A stretch of 64,000 bases of DNA from an uncultured Planctomycetales bacterium (GTDB lineage Bacteria > Omnitrophota > Gorgyraeia > Zapsychrales > JBDRMG01): NCBI GenBank assembly GCA_964478715.1, contig CAYZIY010000002.1, forward strand, positions 35,179 to 99,178. Direction: 5' to 3'. The position numbers and the translations under genes were made by a program. Under the pieces are notes generated by a model. It searched no databases and was not told the origin of the DNA. It worked only from the letters and a program-made list of their open reading frames with translations. Shown piece by piece: positions 62,895 to 64,000 of the stretch (position 1 is the first letter of the stretch; each line of letters starts with the position of its first letter).

Positions 62895-63699
62895 AGCTTT
62901 GACTAATCTCCTTTATGCATTTTTGAACCAGTTGTTGGTCCATTTGAAAAGTTTCGGCAACGAAACCGGCCAGAAGGCAGCGGTCGCAGAGAATGTTGAT
63001 CAGCCGCGGTGTTCCGCTTGAATATCTGTAGATTTCATCAATAGCTGATGGGGCAAAGATCAGTTTCGGGCTGGCACCGGCAACCCGTAGTCGATGATAA
63101 ATGTATTTGTCGATCTCAGATGGGTCCAAAGGCTGGATATGATATCGGACAATTACCCGCTGGTTGATTTGGCGTAGAGACGGCAATCTGAGCTTATCAG
63201 CTAGCTCCGGCTGACCGACCAGAACGATTTGGAGCAGTTTTTCCTTTTCTGTTTCCAGGTTTGAGAGCAGGCGAATCTGCTCGAGCTGACGCTCTTTGAG
63301 ATTTTGGCTTTCGTCGATAACCAAAACTACATTATGGCCCGCAGAAGATTCCTCTAGAAGAAAGTTATTAAGCGCGCTGACTAAGCTGATGCGGTCTTTC
63401 CTTGTTGTATGGATACCCAAATCCTTAACGATGAGTTGCAGCAATTGAATTTCGGAGAAATTGGGATTAAGAATGAGGGCGGTCTTGGTGTTAGTATCCA
63501 TGCGGTCCAGAAGAGCCCGGCACAGAATTGTTTTTCCAGTGCCGATTTCTCCGGTAACAACGATAATGCCTTTTCTTTGGTCAATCCCGTAAGACAGGTG
63601 AGAGAATGCCTCTTTGTGTCTAGCGCTAAAATAAAAGAATGCCGGATCACAGGTGACATTAAAGGGATTTTCAATCAGCCCGTAAAATTCTTTATACAT
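62878..63699 (-). CDS. ExeA/GspA/MshM-like AAA ATPase
   Basis: Walker A GEIGTGKT, Walker B VLVIDESQ; 273 aa. Confidence 0.75.
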   Translation of the reverse strand: MYKEFYGLIENPFNVTCDPAFFYFSARHKEAFSHLSYGIDQRKGIIVVTGEIGTGKTILCRALLDRMDTNTKTALILNPNFSEIQLLQLIVKDLGIHTTRKDRISLVSALNNFLLEESSAGHNVVLVIDESQNLKERQLEQIRLLSNLETEKEKLLQIVLVGQPELADKLRLPSLRQINQRVIVRYHIQPLDPSEIDKYIYHRLRVAGASPKLIFAPSAIDEIYRYSSGTPRLINILCDRCLLAGFVAETFQMDQQLVQKCIKEISQSYEYHQ

Positions 63700-63763
63700 G
63701 GGTGAAATTATAGCATGAGTGCAAAATCAGGACAAGTTAAAATGGCAAATGAGCTAAAAGAAT

Positions 63764-63791
63764 TTGAAAAATTAATAATGTATGTTATACT
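63764..63791 (+). promoter_or_regulatory. candidate promoter TTGAAA-N16-TATACT for the PilZ-domain gene
   Basis: Lies in the divergent intergenic region. Confidence 0.35.
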
Positions 63792-63804
63792 TGAATCAGA
63801 TGAA

Positions 63805-63836
63805 GCCACGGCATCTAATTGAAAGCCGTGGTTTAC
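63805..63836 (+). promoter_or_regulatory. GC-rich hairpin (CCACGGC/GCCGTGG, 12-nt loop) plus T-rich tract in the 5' leader of the PilZ gene
   Basis: 7-9 bp stem readable directly, followed by TTTACTATTT. Confidence 0.4.
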
Positions 63837-63841
63837 TATTT

Positions 63842-64000
63842 ATGGAAAAAAAATTCGTCGACAAAAGAAGATTTCCTCGCATTCGGTTTGAGGGACCCGT
63901 GCATTATCATATGAAGGAGCAGCCTCGATTTGGAGGTTGTCTGGCTAGGGATATTTCTGAAGGCGGTATTAAGCTCAATTTCAGTGATTTTGTTCCTTTG
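63842..64000 (+). CDS. PilZ domain protein (3' end outside window)
   Basis: RRFPRIR (RxxxR) and DISEGGI (DxSxGG) c-di-GMP-binding motifs. Confidence 0.7.
   Translation, partial: MEKKFVDKRRFPRIRFEGPVHYHMKEQPRFGGCLARDISEGGIKLNFSDFVPL

Noticed and set aside
63805-63836. Interpreting the GC hairpin as a terminator of an upstream plus-strand gene
   Set aside because: The neighbouring gene is on the minus strand and diverges from this point, so the hairpin belongs to the PilZ leader instead.

Overview
This window reads as a low-GC bacterial chromosome segment, probably from an uncultivated lineage; the lysine-rich proteins and many 1-17 nt gene overlaps fit that, but I cannot assign a phylum from sequence alone. 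About 30 kb of it (positions ~5450-35478) is one continuous plus-strand translation/transcription super-cluster: tRNA-Thr, rpmG, tRNA-Trp, secE, nusG, rplKAJL, rpoBC, rpsL, rpsG, fusA, tuf, then the S10, spc and alpha operon genes through rplQ. There is no rpmD (L30) gene, and rpoC and rpsL overlap by 50 nt. Upstream lie nadD (partial), a phosphohexomutase, plsC, rpsA and tyrS. Downstream are a class I aminotransferase, pilT, an isocitrate-dehydrogenase-family enzyme, lipB with a standalone lipoyl-domain protein, a glycolipid and acyltransferase gene group, efp-accB-accC-asp23, a PPi-type phosphofructokinase, heptose and thiamine genes, and tRNA-Gly. After that comes a tightly stacked string: a LysM/M23 peptidase, an uncharacterised 546-aa P-loop NTPase, a YfcE-like phosphoesterase, a HIT hydrolase, a dGTPase-like HD protein and a GAF/HD-GYP protein. 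The window ends with aroB, two standalone receiver proteins, a minus-strand ExeA/GspB-like pair and a truncated PilZ gene. The strongest candidate for an undescribed system is that string around the large NTPase, which combines several nucleotide and dinucleotide hydrolases with c-di-GMP turnover. Coordinates I derived by hand (tRNAs, rpmG, rpmJ, promoters, hairpins) may be off by 1-2 nt. Manual base counting and the ORF track disagreed by 1 nt around 49020-49060 (accC stop/asp23 start); I could not resolve it and used the track there.
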